From positions 52,640,001 to 52,704,000 of the forward strand of contig NW_024704742.1 of NCBI RefSeq assembly GCF_018977255.1: a DNA stretch of 64,000 nt, read 5' to 3'. The position numbers were made by a program, and so were the translations under genes. This DNA comes from Callorhinchus milii (Eukaryota). Below the pieces are notes generated by a model. It had not been told where the DNA came from, made no database searches, and saw nothing but the letters and a program-made list of their open reading frames with translations. Below are positions 11,473 to 25,174 of the stretch, piece by piece (within the stretch, counting starts at the first letter, position 1; each line of letters starts with the position of its first letter).

Positions 11473-13384
11473 CTGCAAAAATAATAATTTTAAAAATCAG
11501 ATCATTTTGTTGAATTTTAACTTTTAACTTTCAAACTACAGTATATCTTTTTTGCTGAGCTATATATATGTCATCTATAAGCCCACATAAATCTGCTATT
11601 AAAAAGGGAGGAACTTTGATCCCAAAACATTATCAAGAACAAACCTCTAACAAAACACAAACCTTAGAAACCTTTGACTCCATACAGGCCCTGCTTTTTG
11701 GAGCCTATCAGGTAGGATTTAAGTTAATGAAATTGGATTTTTAAAATAGTTGCTCTCATCTTCCAAATGGATGATGGGAGCTAAAGGACGAAAGAGAAAG
11801 AATGTAGATAAATTAGAAAAAAAGTTAGTTAGAATGAAAATGTGGAAAACAATAACTTAAATTTATGAAATATTATAAAGAGGATAGAGAGAAGAAAAAG
11901 TGACAGGTCAAACACAGACAAGGATTTCTGATCTTTTATTTAAATTTTAAGCTAAGATTTTAGAGTTAATTTTTGAAAGGCACTCTATAAATGCAATCTT
12001 GTTGTTGTAGTGAGTAAGGACAAGTTCACCACTTCATACCCCCTTCATCCATGACCTTCTGTTTAAAATGATTAAACCTTGTTGTACCACAGATCATTAT
12101 TAGTTTTACTGTTAATTTTTTCACTGTAATTTTTAAGAGAATAGGATAAACCAGCCCTGAATGATCTGCATAATATATAAAGTACGTTTATTTCATGTTT
12201 ATAGAATATTGGAGCTTAATGTTTATATATGAATATACAAAGTGATTCAAATGGATATGCAAAGAATTCAGACAAAATCAATCATTCAGTTCATGACTGG
12301 TTGTGGGACATTACTCATTTTGTTATTTAAAGATCCAAAGCCACTATTTGAAAAGAGAAGTTGAATTTCTCCTGGTGTCCTGACCAGCAATTCCCCAAAG
12401 AAAATCGGTCACTCACTTAATTGGCTATTTGTAGGACATTGCTGAACACAAATTGGCTGCCATGTTCATCTACAAATATACAGTCACTACACTACATTAA
12501 AAATCCTGTGAAATGCTTTAAAACATCTCAATGATGTGATAAGGCACTATTTTGATAGCAAGGTTTATATTTTCACCCTTAGAAATTCTGAGTGAGTTTC
12601 ACAGCTGTATCACCAGTTTCAATAAAATGCTCATAGCTTACCCCTACTCTAACCACAAGATGGCACCAATAGAACTACACTAGGTGAATTTAAAAACAGA
12701 AACAACTCCTTTCCCAAAGATGTTGACTTATGCTGGAATACAGCTCTATGAGAGCAGAGCAGCACCTGATACATCACCCAGTGTCTATTATTGGTGTAGA
12801 ACTGAGACAAAGAGTTAAGGCAATTAACATATGGAAACGATCACCACATCATCTCTGTAAAGTACTATAAAAAGAAAGACACAACATAAGTGAAGTTGTT
12901 ATTGCTATTTTAGTGATCAGCATATGGACACACAGGAACAAAAGAATGTTGATCAGCATATCAAGCTTGCTCTGCCTTTAGTCCAAAGCATCTCTCGTTA
13001 ATGCCATCTTTTGTCCATATTCCTTAATACACTCAGTTAACAATTGCCTCTCAATGTGTATATGTATATGCTTGCAACCTTTGTATTAGAGGTTAGCTCT
13101 CAATGTATTGAGAAAGTTACATGAGATTTACAAATAATTTCTCAATTATAATATATATAAAATATGTGTTTTCAGATCTAGTACGCAGATTATGCATTGG
13201 TTCTAGTAAATACTCCAATGCACAATTAATTAAAAAAAGAAAGCATGTTGCTTTACGCAGCTAATTCTGTTTTAAATGCTGCTCTGCACAAATCGACATC
13301 AATATATTGATCTACTCAACTGAATAAATTTGCAACACTGAATTTTTTGTTTTTTTTGATCAACCGTGGTATATATAGATACCA

Positions 13385-13800
13385 ATCACCGTGCTTAAGA
13401 GTATCCAAACCAAGCTGGAATTTCCATGCATCCCATCTACACATGGAAATCCCAGATATGGATTGTTGGAATGGAATTCATGCTCTTCCTGGAGGGTACA
13501 TCCTGATTACCTAATCACGTAAAGTATTAGGTGCAGTTTGGCAAGAGCCAAGGTTTGGTAAACTCCAGAGTGTGCAATGGGGTACTGCTGGAGTCTAACC
13601 AGCTAAAACTGCATAGTTTACCATTAATATTGCTGTATGGCAAGCTTGCCTGCTTGCCAGACCACCCTACGTTAGGGCTTTGGCTTGCAGGGTTGAATGG
13701 GATCCCTGTCAGTGACTGGGCTGCCCTTCCAGGTCCTGTTGATGGGCCAGGCTGGTCTTGCTGTCATCAGCAGTGCCCTGGGATACTGCTGCTCCCCTGA
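13385..13800 (+). repeat. Unclassified old repeat, copy A
   Basis: Shares CACATGGAAAT, ACATCCTG.T.ACCTAAT, TTGGCAAGA and CTGCTGGAGT.TAACCAGCTAAAAC with 27330-27680. Confidence 0.75.
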
Positions 13801-14360
13801 ACAGACCTATTCCACTAAACGGATCAACTCCCCTGAATAGATCCAATAGATAGTCTCTTATAACAAGACCTAGTGCAGGAGAAACCATTCAGCCCATTGA
13901 GTCTGCACTAGCTCACAGAGCAAGGAGATCACTTCAATCCCACCACCCTTCAAACCCCAAGTTAATTCAATTACACACATCCTCCTTGTCAGGACCAAGT
14001 TCCTGACTGTCCAGCGCCTTGGGGCGTCCTCTCAACATGAAAGGCACTATGTATTGTCTATATTTTAGAAACAAGTATGGTTTCAGAGAAGTTCTAAATT
14101 ATTGCATAGTGTGAATTCCCATTTAACAGGAAAAAAATCTTGTTACTGTAATAATGCACGACAATTAAAGCGAAATAAGAGCACAGTGTATTTTCCAAAA
14201 GGAAAGAAAAATTTCCGATTGTTTATTTTCAAACGGCTATGATATAAAGTTCTCTGGTGAAAAAGGTTATGTCACAACTATATGTCGATATGGAGAAAAC
14301 TAGCAACACAAGTTAAAATGTTCTTGCTGGTATTATCTATCAAAATTATTCACTACATAC

Positions 14361-14504
14361 CCTGGTCTATAAAGATGAAGCACAACCCATATTTCTTTTC
14401 CTGCATATGTGATTTGCTTGACATACTCATCTCCTTGGAGTTCAATCAGTTCTCCAAATTTTCTTTTTCTCTGCACAGCTTGCCACTCTGCCAGTCGCTG
14501 ACTT
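14361..14504 (-). CDS. PDCL2: PDCL2 exon 4 (SQRLAEWQAVQRKRKFGELIELQGDEYVKQITYAGKEIWVVLHLYRPG)
   Basis: 144 nt, AG/GT flanked; phosducin motifs KFGEL and WVVLHLY. Confidence 0.95.
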
Positions 14505-14929
14505 CTACACACAAGCATAGACCACATTCAATGTGACATTTCTTTGCTGAAAATATATTTCAGATACCCATTGTAATCTATTCCCATATCAATAAAGTTT
14601 AACATTTGCTGATATTCCAAGGCCAACAATTTCAAAAATGTTCATCTTTTATTCTGCAGAATTTAAGAATACCAGGAAAACACTCGTTTAAGTTATTTTT
14701 CATTAAGAAGTAAATGTTGTTTGTGAGAAATGTAATTTTACTAGCATGAATGAAATAATTGCAACCAATCATCATATACATATGCAGCAATAGAGGAATG
14801 TTAGAAATGTATAAGCAACATAACAAATATGAAAATAGTTTGATTCTGCAAAATAAAACGAACATGCTATGAGGTGAGAAGGGCTATGTAATGTTAGGGT
14901 TTTTTCCAGCCGGGTTCATTGCATCTCAA

Positions 14930-16601
14930 ACATCAACAACAACAACAAGATTCCATTTATAGAGTGCCTTTCACGTCGGGAGGACGTCCCAAGGCGCTGT
15001 ACAGTTGGGTCAGGACCCGAGCAGGGGGGAAATGGTCAGGGGAGGGGAGGGAAAGGAGGGAGCGAGGAGGGGGTAGAGAGTCGAGAGGGGAGCTGAAGGC
15101 ACTGTCAAAGAGAAAGGTCTTGAGACTGGCGTTGAAGGAGGAAAGGGAGGAGGCGGCGAAGGCACTGGGGATAGAGTTCCAGAGCCTCGGGGCTGAGAGG
15201 CTGAAGGCCCGGCCACCGATGGTAGGGCGGTTGGGGCGGGGGATGTGGAGCAGACCGGAGCCAGAGGAACGGAGGGTACGGGCAGGTAGGTAGGGGGATA
15301 GTAGGTCGGAGAGGTAGGAGGGAGCAAGGCCGTGAATGGCCTTGTAGGTGAGGATGAGGATCTTGAATTCCATCCTCTGGGGGATGGGGAGCCAGTGGAG
15401 GCGAGCGAGGGTGGGAGTGATGTGGTCGCGAAGCCTGGTGCGGGACAGTACACGAGCTGCAGAGTTCTGAATGACCTGCAGCTTGTGGAGGGAGGTGCCG
15501 GGAAGGCCGGCGAGGAGAGAGTTCCCATAGTCCAGCCTTGAGGTGATAAAGGCGTGGACCAGAGTTTCAGCAGCGTGAGGGGTGAGGTAGTGCCGTAGTC
15601 TGGCGATGTTCCGGAGGTGATGGAAGGCGGTGCCAGTTGTGGCGCGGATATGAGGGAGAAAGGACAGCTCAGGGTCGAACAGAACCCCGAGGTTCCTGAC
15701 GGCTTTGAGAGGTGGAGAGTGCAGCCTTGGATGCTGATGCTGTCAGCGCCTGAGGTGCGGAGGCGCTGACGTGAGCCAATCAGGAGGGCCTCAGTTTTGC
15801 GCACGTTGAGCTGAAGAAAGTTGTCTCTCGTCCAGGACTCGATGTCGGACAGGCAGCTGTCAGGACATCGGTGGTCGTGGAGTTGAGGGTAGAGGAGGAA
15901 AGGTAGAGTTGGGTGTCATCCGCATACATGTGGAAGTTAACCCCATGTCTGCGGATGATGTCACCAAGGGGGAGCATATAGAGGGTGAAGAGGAGGGGAC
16001 CGAGGACAGAGCCCTGAGGGACACCGCACGAGACAGTGCGGGGGCCGGAGGAAAAACCATTCGTGGAAACAAAGTGAAGACGGTGGGAGAGGTACGACCT
16101 AAACCACTCAAGGACAGGGCCTTGAAGGTTGAGGTGGGAGGACAAGCGGTGGAGGAGGATAGCATGGTCGACCGTATCGAATGCTGCCGATAGGTCGAGG
16201 AGGACGAGGAGGCAGAGGGAGCCCTGGTCACAGATGGTCAGGATGTCATTGGTGACCTTGACCAGGGCGGTTTCTGTGCTATGGGCAGCACGGAAACCCG
16301 ATTGAAGGGGTTCGAATAATGAATGGGTGGAGAGGAAAGAGCGCAGCTGGGAGGCGACAACTCGTTCCAGGACCTTGGACAGGAAGGGGAGGTTGGAGAT
16401 GGGCCGGTAGCTTGATAGCTGCGACACATCAAAGGAGGGTTTTTTCAAGGTGGGAGTGATGGTGGCAGTTTTTAAGGGAATCGGAACAGAGCCAGAGGAG
16501 AGGGACAGGTTGACGATGTCTGTGATATGTGGGGCAAGGAGGTGGAGCTGGGAGATAAGGAGTGGAGTGGGGATGGGGTCAAGGGAGCAGGTGGTGGGTT
16601 T
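14930..16601 (-). mobile_element. Young 5'-truncated L2 LINE with RT domain
   Basis: ORF 15780-16613: [51 protein letters not shown]-terminal FKILILTYKAIHGLAPSYL; (TTG)n tail; frameshifts present. Confidence 0.95.
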
Positions 16602-16729
16602 AAACTTGCCCAAGGTTTCGCCCTGCCTGGAATTTAACTCAGGTGTCTCGCTTGCAAAGCGAGTGCTCTAACCACTGAGCAACAGGACTCTGGATCGGGG
16701 ATGGGGTGCAAGTGGAGCCTGGTCAATGC

Positions 16730-17850
16730 TCCTGTGTGCATACTTAACCTCACTGAGTCAATCTGGAACTTGATGTCTTGTTTGACCCTCAACTTTCTAC
16801 TCCACGTCCATGCCAGAACCGCTCTGCCTTCCCCCACCTCCGCAATGTCGCCTGGCTCCACTATTGCCTCTCCCCTCAGGATGCCAAAACCCTCATGCAT
16901 CCGTTTATCACATCTAGGTTCAATGACATCAACTCCCTGCTTGTCAGCCTTCCCAACTCTTCCCTCCACAAGTTGTAGATCATCCAGACCTCTACATCTC
17001 GTGTCCTCTCCCACACCAGGCTGCTTGACCCCATCATACACAACCTCACCAGGCTCCACTTGCACCCTATCCCCGATCCAGAGTCCTGTAGCTCAGTGGT
17101 TAGAGCACTCGCTTTGCAAGCGAGACACCGGAGTTCAATTCCAGGCAGGGCAAAACCTTGGGCAAGTTTCCTTACTCCACACGCCTATTAATAATCCCTC
17201 CAAAAAAAATTATATAAAATATAATTAAATATAAATATATAAAATAATTATATAAAAATAATTGATAATTTTCAATCCACGACTGTTTGTGGGACACTGC
17301 TGTGCGCAATTGGCTGCCGCGTTTCGCCCACAAATATACAGTCAATTCACTTTACAGTCTATTCTGTGAAGCGCTTTGAGACGTCGAGAAGATGTGAAAA
17401 GCGCTATATCAAATGCAAGGATTATTATTATTATTATAAGATAGAGTTCAAAATCCTCGTCCTTGTCTTCAAAGCCCTCCACGGCCTTGCACCTTCCTAC
17501 CTCTGTGACCTGCTAACCCTGTATCAACCTATCCGCTCCCACCACTCAGCAGGCTCTGGCCTGCTCCACGTCCACAGCTCAGCTCTCCCCACCATCGGCG
17601 GTCGGACCTTCAACCTCGCTACACCAAAGTTTGGAACTCCATCGCACAGTCCCTTCGTCTTGCTCCCTCCTTGCCTCCTTCAAAGTACTTCTCAAAACCC
17701 TCCAACCGCACCTTCAGCCACCCTCCTACCCCAACCTTTCCTACCCTCACCTCCCCATCCTAAACCCCGCTCATCGAAATCCCTGACTGTCCATCACCTT
17801 GGGATGTCCTTCCGACATAAAAGGGGCTATACAAATGTAATTTGTTGTTG
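16730..17850 (+). mobile_element. Old L2 3' fragment interrupted by a tRNA-SINE (17080-17437)
   Basis: FDPQLS... and IEFKILVLVFKALHGLAPSYL; L2 tail at ~17800-17850. Confidence 0.8.
17080..17437 (+). mobile_element. tRNA-Ala-derived SINE with L2 tail
   Basis: GAGTCCTGTAGCTCAGTGGTTAGAGCACTCGCTTTGCAAGCGAG head (A/B boxes, TGC anticodon loop); tail AAATGCAAGGA(TTA)n. Confidence 0.92.
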
Positions 17851-18883
17851 TATTAAAATAATAATAATAATCCTTGCATTTGACATAGCGCTTCACAGAA
17901 TAGACTGTAAAGTGAATTGACTGGATATTTGTGGGCAAACATTGAGAACATTGGCATACAACCAAAGGACACAGAGTGAAACAGGCAGCACACCCCACAA
18001 GCACAGGTTGCTCCACCCCCCAGAATCCAGCAAGTAATCATTCTTCAAGTGTTCACCGAGAGAATGATTGTTGGGTTGGAATCAAACCTCAACCAATCTA
18101 ATTCTGACTCGCTAGTTTACTGGCAAATGATAACAGGCAGAAGGAGAAGAGCATGTCTGATTTTCCCTTCCTCGTCCAGGTGGACTGAAACCAATTGTGG
18201 TACCTGTTCCCTAACTGAGATCAGCTACCTCAGTGCAGACTGGGATCAAACCAAGGATATTCTGTGTGTGTCTCAGTGGCTTACCAAACAGTGTCTTTTT
18301 CAATTGAATCAATAGAGCCTCAGCATTATTTTGAACTATTAAGTTTGTTTTAATTTTATTAGGTTTCAATGCACATTCTAAAAATGCTAAATATTATTGT
18401 TATGCTCCCAACAATCAACGTGTAAAAAGTTCTTTTATTCTCAGCTCACAAGTTACAAATCAAACTATCCAACCGAAAATCCTCTAGTCAGTTTTCCCTG
18501 CTTCCTGCTTTTCTACCTCCTGATCCTCTTTTATTGTTCCCAGTTAATTGGTCCTTATTTTCTTGAAGGGTATCCAACAATTATAATAGGTGAATTTAAC
18601 GCAATAATTTAGAAGATGTTCATAAAGCAATGAATCTTTGCTCAGATTGCAACATGTAAATGAACCTCTGGAGCAAATTTCAATCTTATTTACCTATTCC
18701 CAATAATCGATACGTAATTCTAGATGTTCTTTTCATTTCTTTGCAGAAACTACACAAGTGGTGTCTATGAGATACACATTTTATACTTTCATCTGAAGGA
18801 TAATATGAATAAAACTATTTCATTTAAGTTGATAACGTCATGCCATTTTATCATTGTAGCAGAATTGAGGTTTTTAAGCCAAC

Positions 18884-18974
18884 CTGTACTTTTCAATAGC
18901 TTGCTCATCTGCCTCATCAAATTCATCCTCTGCTTCCTTTAGTGCCTCAAGGTTCATGTGTTCATAGGGCTTAA
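18884..18974 (-). CDS. PDCL2: PDCL2 exon 3 (IKPYEHMNLEALKEAEDEFDEADEQAIEKYR)
   Basis: 91 nt, AG/GT flanked, phase 1 to phase 2, consistent with neighbouring exons. Confidence 0.95.
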
Positions 18975-19194
18975 CTGTGAGAAGCATAATAGTTAAATAT
19001 TGTGAAACATTTGTATGCACACTGCAAGAGTTTTTGCATTGGTTGCCAACAATACACTGTATAAAAGCTGTTTTACTTAACAATAACTTGCATTTATACA
19101 GTAGCCTTCCCAAGTAGCAGCATCTCGGAGTGCTTAATATTGGCGGAGTTTGATGCCGAGCCAAAGACAGAGAGATGATAATGTAGACAAGGTT

Positions 19195-19790
19195 GAAGAG
19201 GAAAGTTTTCAGGTATGAACTGAGGATGTGCAAGGAGTACAAGAGTAGGGAAGTCTTGCTGCAACTGTATAGGGCCTTGGTGAGACCACACCTAGAGTAT
19301 TGCGTGCAGTTTTGGTCTCCTTATTTAAAAAAGGACATACTTGTCTTAGAGGGGGTGCAGCGTAGATTCACTAGGTTAGTTCCTGGGATGAGGGGACTGA
19401 CCTATGAGAATAGGCTGAATATACTAGGGCTGTATTCTCTAGAGTACAGAAGAATTAGGGGAGATCTTATTGAAACATATAAGATTCTTAAAGGGCTGGA
19501 TAAAATAGACACTGAGGGACTGTTTCCCCTGGTAGGAGAATCTATAACCAGGGGTCACAGTCTTAAAATTAAGGGTCAGCCTTTTAGAACAGAGTTGAGG
19601 AAACATTTCTTCACTCATAGAATTCACTACCCCAGAAGGCTGTAGATGCTCAGTCCTTGAACATTTTCAAGGCTGAGACTGATAGATTTGTTAAAAAAAT
19701 AGAGGGATTGATCTTATTGAATGGCGGGGCAGGCTCAAGGGGCCGAATGGCCTATTCCTGCTCCTAATTCTTATGTTCTTATGTTCTTAT
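19195..19790 (+). mobile_element. CR1 3' fragment inserted in an L2 remnant
   Basis: [19 protein letters not shown]; (TTCTTATG)n tail. Confidence 0.9.
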
Positions 19791-20449
19791 ATGGCGGAGG
19801 TGGAGGAAAGTTATGAATAGAAAGGGTTGGAGAAGTTTGCAGAAGATGGGTGGGGTAAGAGCAGATAGAGGGAATCTATCTATTAGGGGATTGAGTGCCA
19901 GTGAAATTTGGCAAGACTGTAGTAATAGGCAATGCTGAGCCTGGGGTGGTGGAGCATAAATGCTGTGACATTCTGAAGGAGGAGGAGCTTATGCGGAGCT
20001 GGGGTGGGGAAAGAGGAAAGAAAAATGACAAGGTGGAACTAGACAAGTCAGCGAGGAGACTATTTGAGAAATGTTGTCTCAGGGTGATGATAGCAAAAAC
20101 ATGGGAGAAACCATTGTCCCAACGCAGCTGTGTATTCATGCTCAAAACTGTTTGATAACTAAAGGCAGCTTTGGATAGCAGCTTTCGGCAATGTGATAAT
20201 TAGCCCCAGTGGTAATTATTTTGTCACATGCCACACTTTTCATTCCACAATCTTTAGATTAATGGAGATCAGCTAATAGAGGCTCCATTTTGTCCAAGGT
20301 AAAGGTAAAAAAAATGCTCAATGTTGTTCAAGACTTTCTGGCACTAATAGTGTGTGTCCATTTTCAGCTTACCATTCTCTAGATGCTAAAAGGAGGTTTT
20401 ATTTGTTTACTTATAGACAGATAGATCCTGGTAAAAAATCGAATCTTAC

Positions 20450-20570
20450 TTTTGGCCTCTTCCTGTAAACGCAGGGCCATTTCCTCAACTTCATCTCTCT
20501 CTTCTTCTTTTGGAGGAATAATACCAAACTTCCTTAAGGCATCGTTCCACTCAGTATCTTCATTAGGATC
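20450..20570 (-). CDS. PDCL2: PDCL2 exon 2 (DPNEDTEWNDALRKFGIIPPKEEERDEVEEMALRLQEEAK)
   Basis: 121 nt, AG/GT flanked; DPNEDTEWND is the PhLP2-family N-terminal motif. Confidence 0.95.
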
Positions 20571-23124
20571 CTATGAAGAATCAAAATGTAATGTAGTTTG
20601 TTTCAAACTGAAAATCATGCTGATTTGTAGCCAGTTTGAATTTATGTCTGAGCATAAAGTGGGTAGAGAAAAATCACTGGATCGTTCGACAAATGATCAA
20701 CTGATGAGCTGAATAACTCACGTCTGAGTGAGTCATGTTCACTGACTTCATGAATAGATTTTTTTGTTGTTCAATAGAAGACTTCTCTACTTCAACCATT
20801 AAATAGCACTGTGAAAAGCATGACAGAACTAATAACAGACATTTTTCACATAGAAGGATGCCCTTCAGCCCATCATGCCTGTGCTCCTGCTACCAGTAAT
20901 ATCACTTTATTATTGTTTATTATTAACTTTACTTTCCATCTCTTTACCCCTGTAATACTCTGCAGTTTAATTTATTTCTCTCCCTTTGAGAATTTTGAAT
21001 TGGATTTGGATTTGAGAATAAGTATGTTAGACATCAAACACTCCCTTGTATACAATATGCATTTGTACATATACAACATGCACTTTACCAAATGAAATAA
21101 ATTGTGACATTGTAACTGGGAAAAACATTCTATCTCAGAAACTGAAACTGGACATCACACTTTGTGTGATCTTGGAAAATATGGATAAGAAAACAAAAGG
21201 CACTTTTGTTTGAATGCAGCCTCTAAAAGTGACATGCCTCTGTTAAAATATTCATAACCGTGCTGCAGATAGACGAATAATAACACTGAAGACAAACCTG
21301 TCTATGGACTTTTTCCTCTATTATTAAACAGCTGATCATATAATTATTATTCTTTAATAACATTAAGTAACTAATAAATCATCGTTGCATTTGTTATTGC
21401 ACTTTTCACATTGGGAGGGGTTCTCAAAGCATAGGATTTGAGAACACCTTCCAATGTGAAAGATGTATTCATAGGCAAACGTTACAGTCAACTTGCACAC
21501 AGTACTAAATCCTAATAAATTAAATAAAGTAGGTTTTAATAAAAATAAAAACCAAATGCCTAGTTTTGGAAATGTTCATACACAATTAAGCATTTGCACA
21601 GAACTTTAAAAATGGGTATTTTAACAACGTTTGACTAACAAAATTAGTGAAATGTTTAAAGCAAGTTTTTTGGTTGCACCTGGCTGCTGTTGGAAGAGAT
21701 ATCACTTTACTTCTAGCAGTATAACAACAACAACAAAATAACATTTGTACAGAGCCTTTCACATCGGGAGGATGTCCCAAGGTGTTGGAAATTGTGCTGC
21801 ATAAATAAGAGTGTTGCTACAATGCTGCAGTCACAATAAAGAATTCAGATATAATTCAAACTAGATGTTTCTTTATAATAAATCCTCAATTTTTTCTATT
21901 TTTAGATGTGTGAAAACCTTTGAGACAGCCTCCCATTAAGAAAGGACTATGTAAATGTAACTTTTTGCTGTATTTCTAAATGTAATTTGGCTTCCCTGTT
22001 AGTCCCTGAAAGTAAAGGCAGTTAAAGTGGATTCAAGCAATAGGAATCATAATAGCAGCCTTGTGATATTAGCATGTGATAGGAAGAGAAGATTTTACAA
22101 GATGTACATTTCACAAAACATTGTATGGTGAGATGTAAAGTTATTGCCTGGATGCAAAACATTAATTTCATGAAAACAAATGTCATTTATTTACTGGATC
22201 CTGTGAAATTTATAATCAAATTAATCTACCTTGATTGGAATATTCACAGAGAAAGAATGTGATTTTTTTATAAACTATAAACAACTATTGTGAAAACATC
22301 TGGATTGCTTTGCTTAATGCTTCAGAGCATTGTGAAAACACCTGGATTGCTTTATCATAGAATCATAGAATATTACGGCACAGAAGGAGGCCATTTGGCC
22401 CTTTGTGTCTTTGCTGGATTGCTTTACTTAATGCTTAAGAGCATCCATTTCATTTAATGCTTGAGAGCATTGAGAAGCAGATATCAAAATAAACAGCCCT
22501 TAACTGAACATTGTTTGAAAAACGTATATTGCACAATGAAGCTCTTTCATCCCATCCCCACACTACCCTCCAACACAGAAAATTAAATCAGCCTTGTTTA
22601 TTTTATTAGACTTTTTATTGTGGGTTCTATTAACTGAATCTGCTGTAATGATATTTTCTGCCCAAAACTGCTACAATTGTAAAAGTAAGGCATCATAGTG
22701 AACACATCCTAATTCACTACGATTGCTTTACTTTTACATTTGGTGAATTTGGTAATTGATGGGATATTTCTCCAGTTTGCTATTAGCATTATTTAGCATT
22801 TCCTGGACAAGTTAGATGCACTACAGAAAATTCACTCAAATCTGCCTCAACATTGCATTTTAAACTCAGAAGTGCACCTGCCTCCATTACCACTACCATT
22901 TTCATGGCCTCTATCACCTAAATTAAGGGCAATTTTTAGGGGCAATTTTTAAATTAAGTTTACTGTAGATTCATCCTACTCTATTTAAACTGAGTTTAGC
23001 AAACCCAAATTCATTTCATTTTAATTGCATATGTCCAACAGAAAATCTGCCTCTGGTTTACTTTCAAATCTGGGTTCTAGAGATGAACGCTGGCACATTA
23101 CTCATGGTCAAGGTTCTGAATTTG

Positions 23125-23900
23125 CAACAACAATTTACATTTACATAGAGCCTTTTATGTCAGGAAGATGTCCAAAGCACTTCACATGACTGACTGGGAT
23201 CCTGCCCATAGGGGAGGGGTAAAGGCTGAAGAAATAGGTCTTGAGTCAGGTTTTGAAGGTGTGGATTCGGGGATGGTGGAGGGGATGGGATGGAGCTCCA
23301 GAGAGTGGGAACAGAATGACTGAAACCTCAACAATTGATGATGGGGCAGAGTAGGCAGGAATATGAAACAGGCCTGTGTTTGCTGAGCAGAGGGAGCAGC
23401 CAGGCAATAAGGTCACAGGAAGTCACAGAGGTAAGTGGGGCAATGCCATAGAGGCATTTGAAAGTGATGACAAGAATCTTGAATTGGATCCGATGGGGCA
23501 TGGAGATCCATTGGAGCCAACCGATCATGGAAGGACTGGGCCCACAGAGCCAAGTGTGAAAGAAGGCATGGGCTGTAGAGCTGTAGAGAGAGGAACTGGG
23601 TCTTTGGCAAGCAGGGTATTAGAGGAATCAAGCCTGGAGGTGGTGGAGGCTTACATGAGGGTCTCAGCAATCTGTGGTAGAGACAGTCAGAGAGATGGGT
23701 GATGTTGTGGAGGTGAGAGCTTACAGAGTGAGTGCGAATTTGGATGTAGGTTTTGAAAGATAGTTGGATGTCGAACAAGATACCAACTGGCTCCATATGA
23801 AGTGAACATCCATGCAGATCGATATGGCCAGCACCTTAGGTGAGAAGATATTGACAGAAGCCAAGTTTGAAAGTTTCAGTCTTGCTGACGTTCAGAAAGT
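23125..23900 (-). mobile_element. Old L2 3' fragment
   Basis: RIQFKILVITFKCLYGIAP, L2 tail. Confidence 0.75.
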
Positions 23901-24142
23901 TAGGAGCTCATCAAAAACTATTCAGCCAGCAGTGATCCAGAGATCAATAATAATATAATAATCCTTGCATTTGATATATCGCCTTATCATGTAGTCGAAA
24001 CATCTCAAAGCGCTTCACAGAATATACTGTAGAGTGGATTAACTATGTATTTTATGGAATCAAGTGTAAGGGAGAGAGATAGATTTGAGTATAACTTCAC
24101 ATGATTATGTGAGGATTTAAAAATCCATATCTTTTCTGTTAC

Positions 24143-24148
24143 CTGCAT
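24143..24148 (-). CDS. PDCL2: PDCL2 coding exon 1 (MQ)
   Basis: ACAAATGCAG|GTAAC; 6-nt ATGCAG first coding exon as in vertebrate PDCL2/3; CpG-enriched sequence upstream. Confidence 0.75.
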
Positions 24149-24149
24149 T

Positions 24150-24570
24150 TGTTTTGTCCTGAATGATCCTCGCAGTCTTGCGATCTCCAAGATTATCGAT
24201 GCGAAATAAATGATTTTTTGTTTGGTAAAAAAAAACGACAAACTTGTTTAGCTTTGAAGCCCTTTTTCGAGAGACAGTGGAATTTTTCAAAAGTATGAAA
24301 ACCGGGACAATATCAGTTTAGCCAGGCTAAAAATTAAAAGATATATTTCCTCACGTCATGCGGAGGTGATCGAGCAACTGCCAAACAACTGTAAGTTAGT
24401 GCAATGACAATGGCGTATTCCCGACACAGAATGGACCGAGTGAAACAATCTGAATTTAAATCCACACTTGTTTGTTGAGGTCATAATGTAAAGTGATGAC
24501 AAGGTTATGGTTTTGACCACAAAACAATCCCGTGAATCCCACCACATCAGGGGCTAATATATCCGGACGT
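24150..24570 (-). promoter_or_regulatory. Putative PDCL2 5'UTR and promoter
   Basis: Local CpG enrichment in AT-rich DNA; CRE-like TCACGTCA at 24351-24358; CAACTG at 24375 and 24386. Confidence 0.45.
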
Positions 24571-25174
24571 TAGAATAATCTTTGCATTTGATGTAGTGCC
24601 TAATCACATCTTAAAGCACTTCACGGGATTTTACTGTGAAATACGGCGACTGTGTATTTGTAGGCAATCTTATATATAATAAGAAACAGCCTGTGGTATG
24701 TGAGAATTAAACAGGCAGCAATACAAGTGAGTAATGAGGCCATGATAGTAAAATTAGCACATTTTGACTGATTGACTGAAATCAACAACAACAACAACAA
24801 CAACAACAATCAATGTCTGAAAGATAAAGCGACAGATTAGCATTTAAAGACAAGTTAACATTTAGGATGCGATCACATTAGAATTACACTTGTATTGCAA
24901 TGCAAACACTGAAATGCCTCATCTGTCTGCTGTGCATTTCCAGCATGTTCTCTCATTAGTTAAGCAGTTTTCACAGATTTTCTTTTCATCTTCACAATAT
25001 TTTCAATACTGGTCCTTCATGAGTGTGAATGATCTCTTCCTCTAGAACGCTATTGGTCTGGTTAACATATCAAACTCTTTCTCACCAGTGAAAAACCTCC
25101 ACCAATGCAATGTATTCTGCAGGATATTTGACCTTTTCCAGGGGTAATAATCCTTTCAAAAAATCAATTAATAA

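Noticed and set aside
15010..15804. 264-aa Ser/Pro-rich ORF
   Set aside because: Mostly an off-frame reading of the frameshifted L2 ORF2
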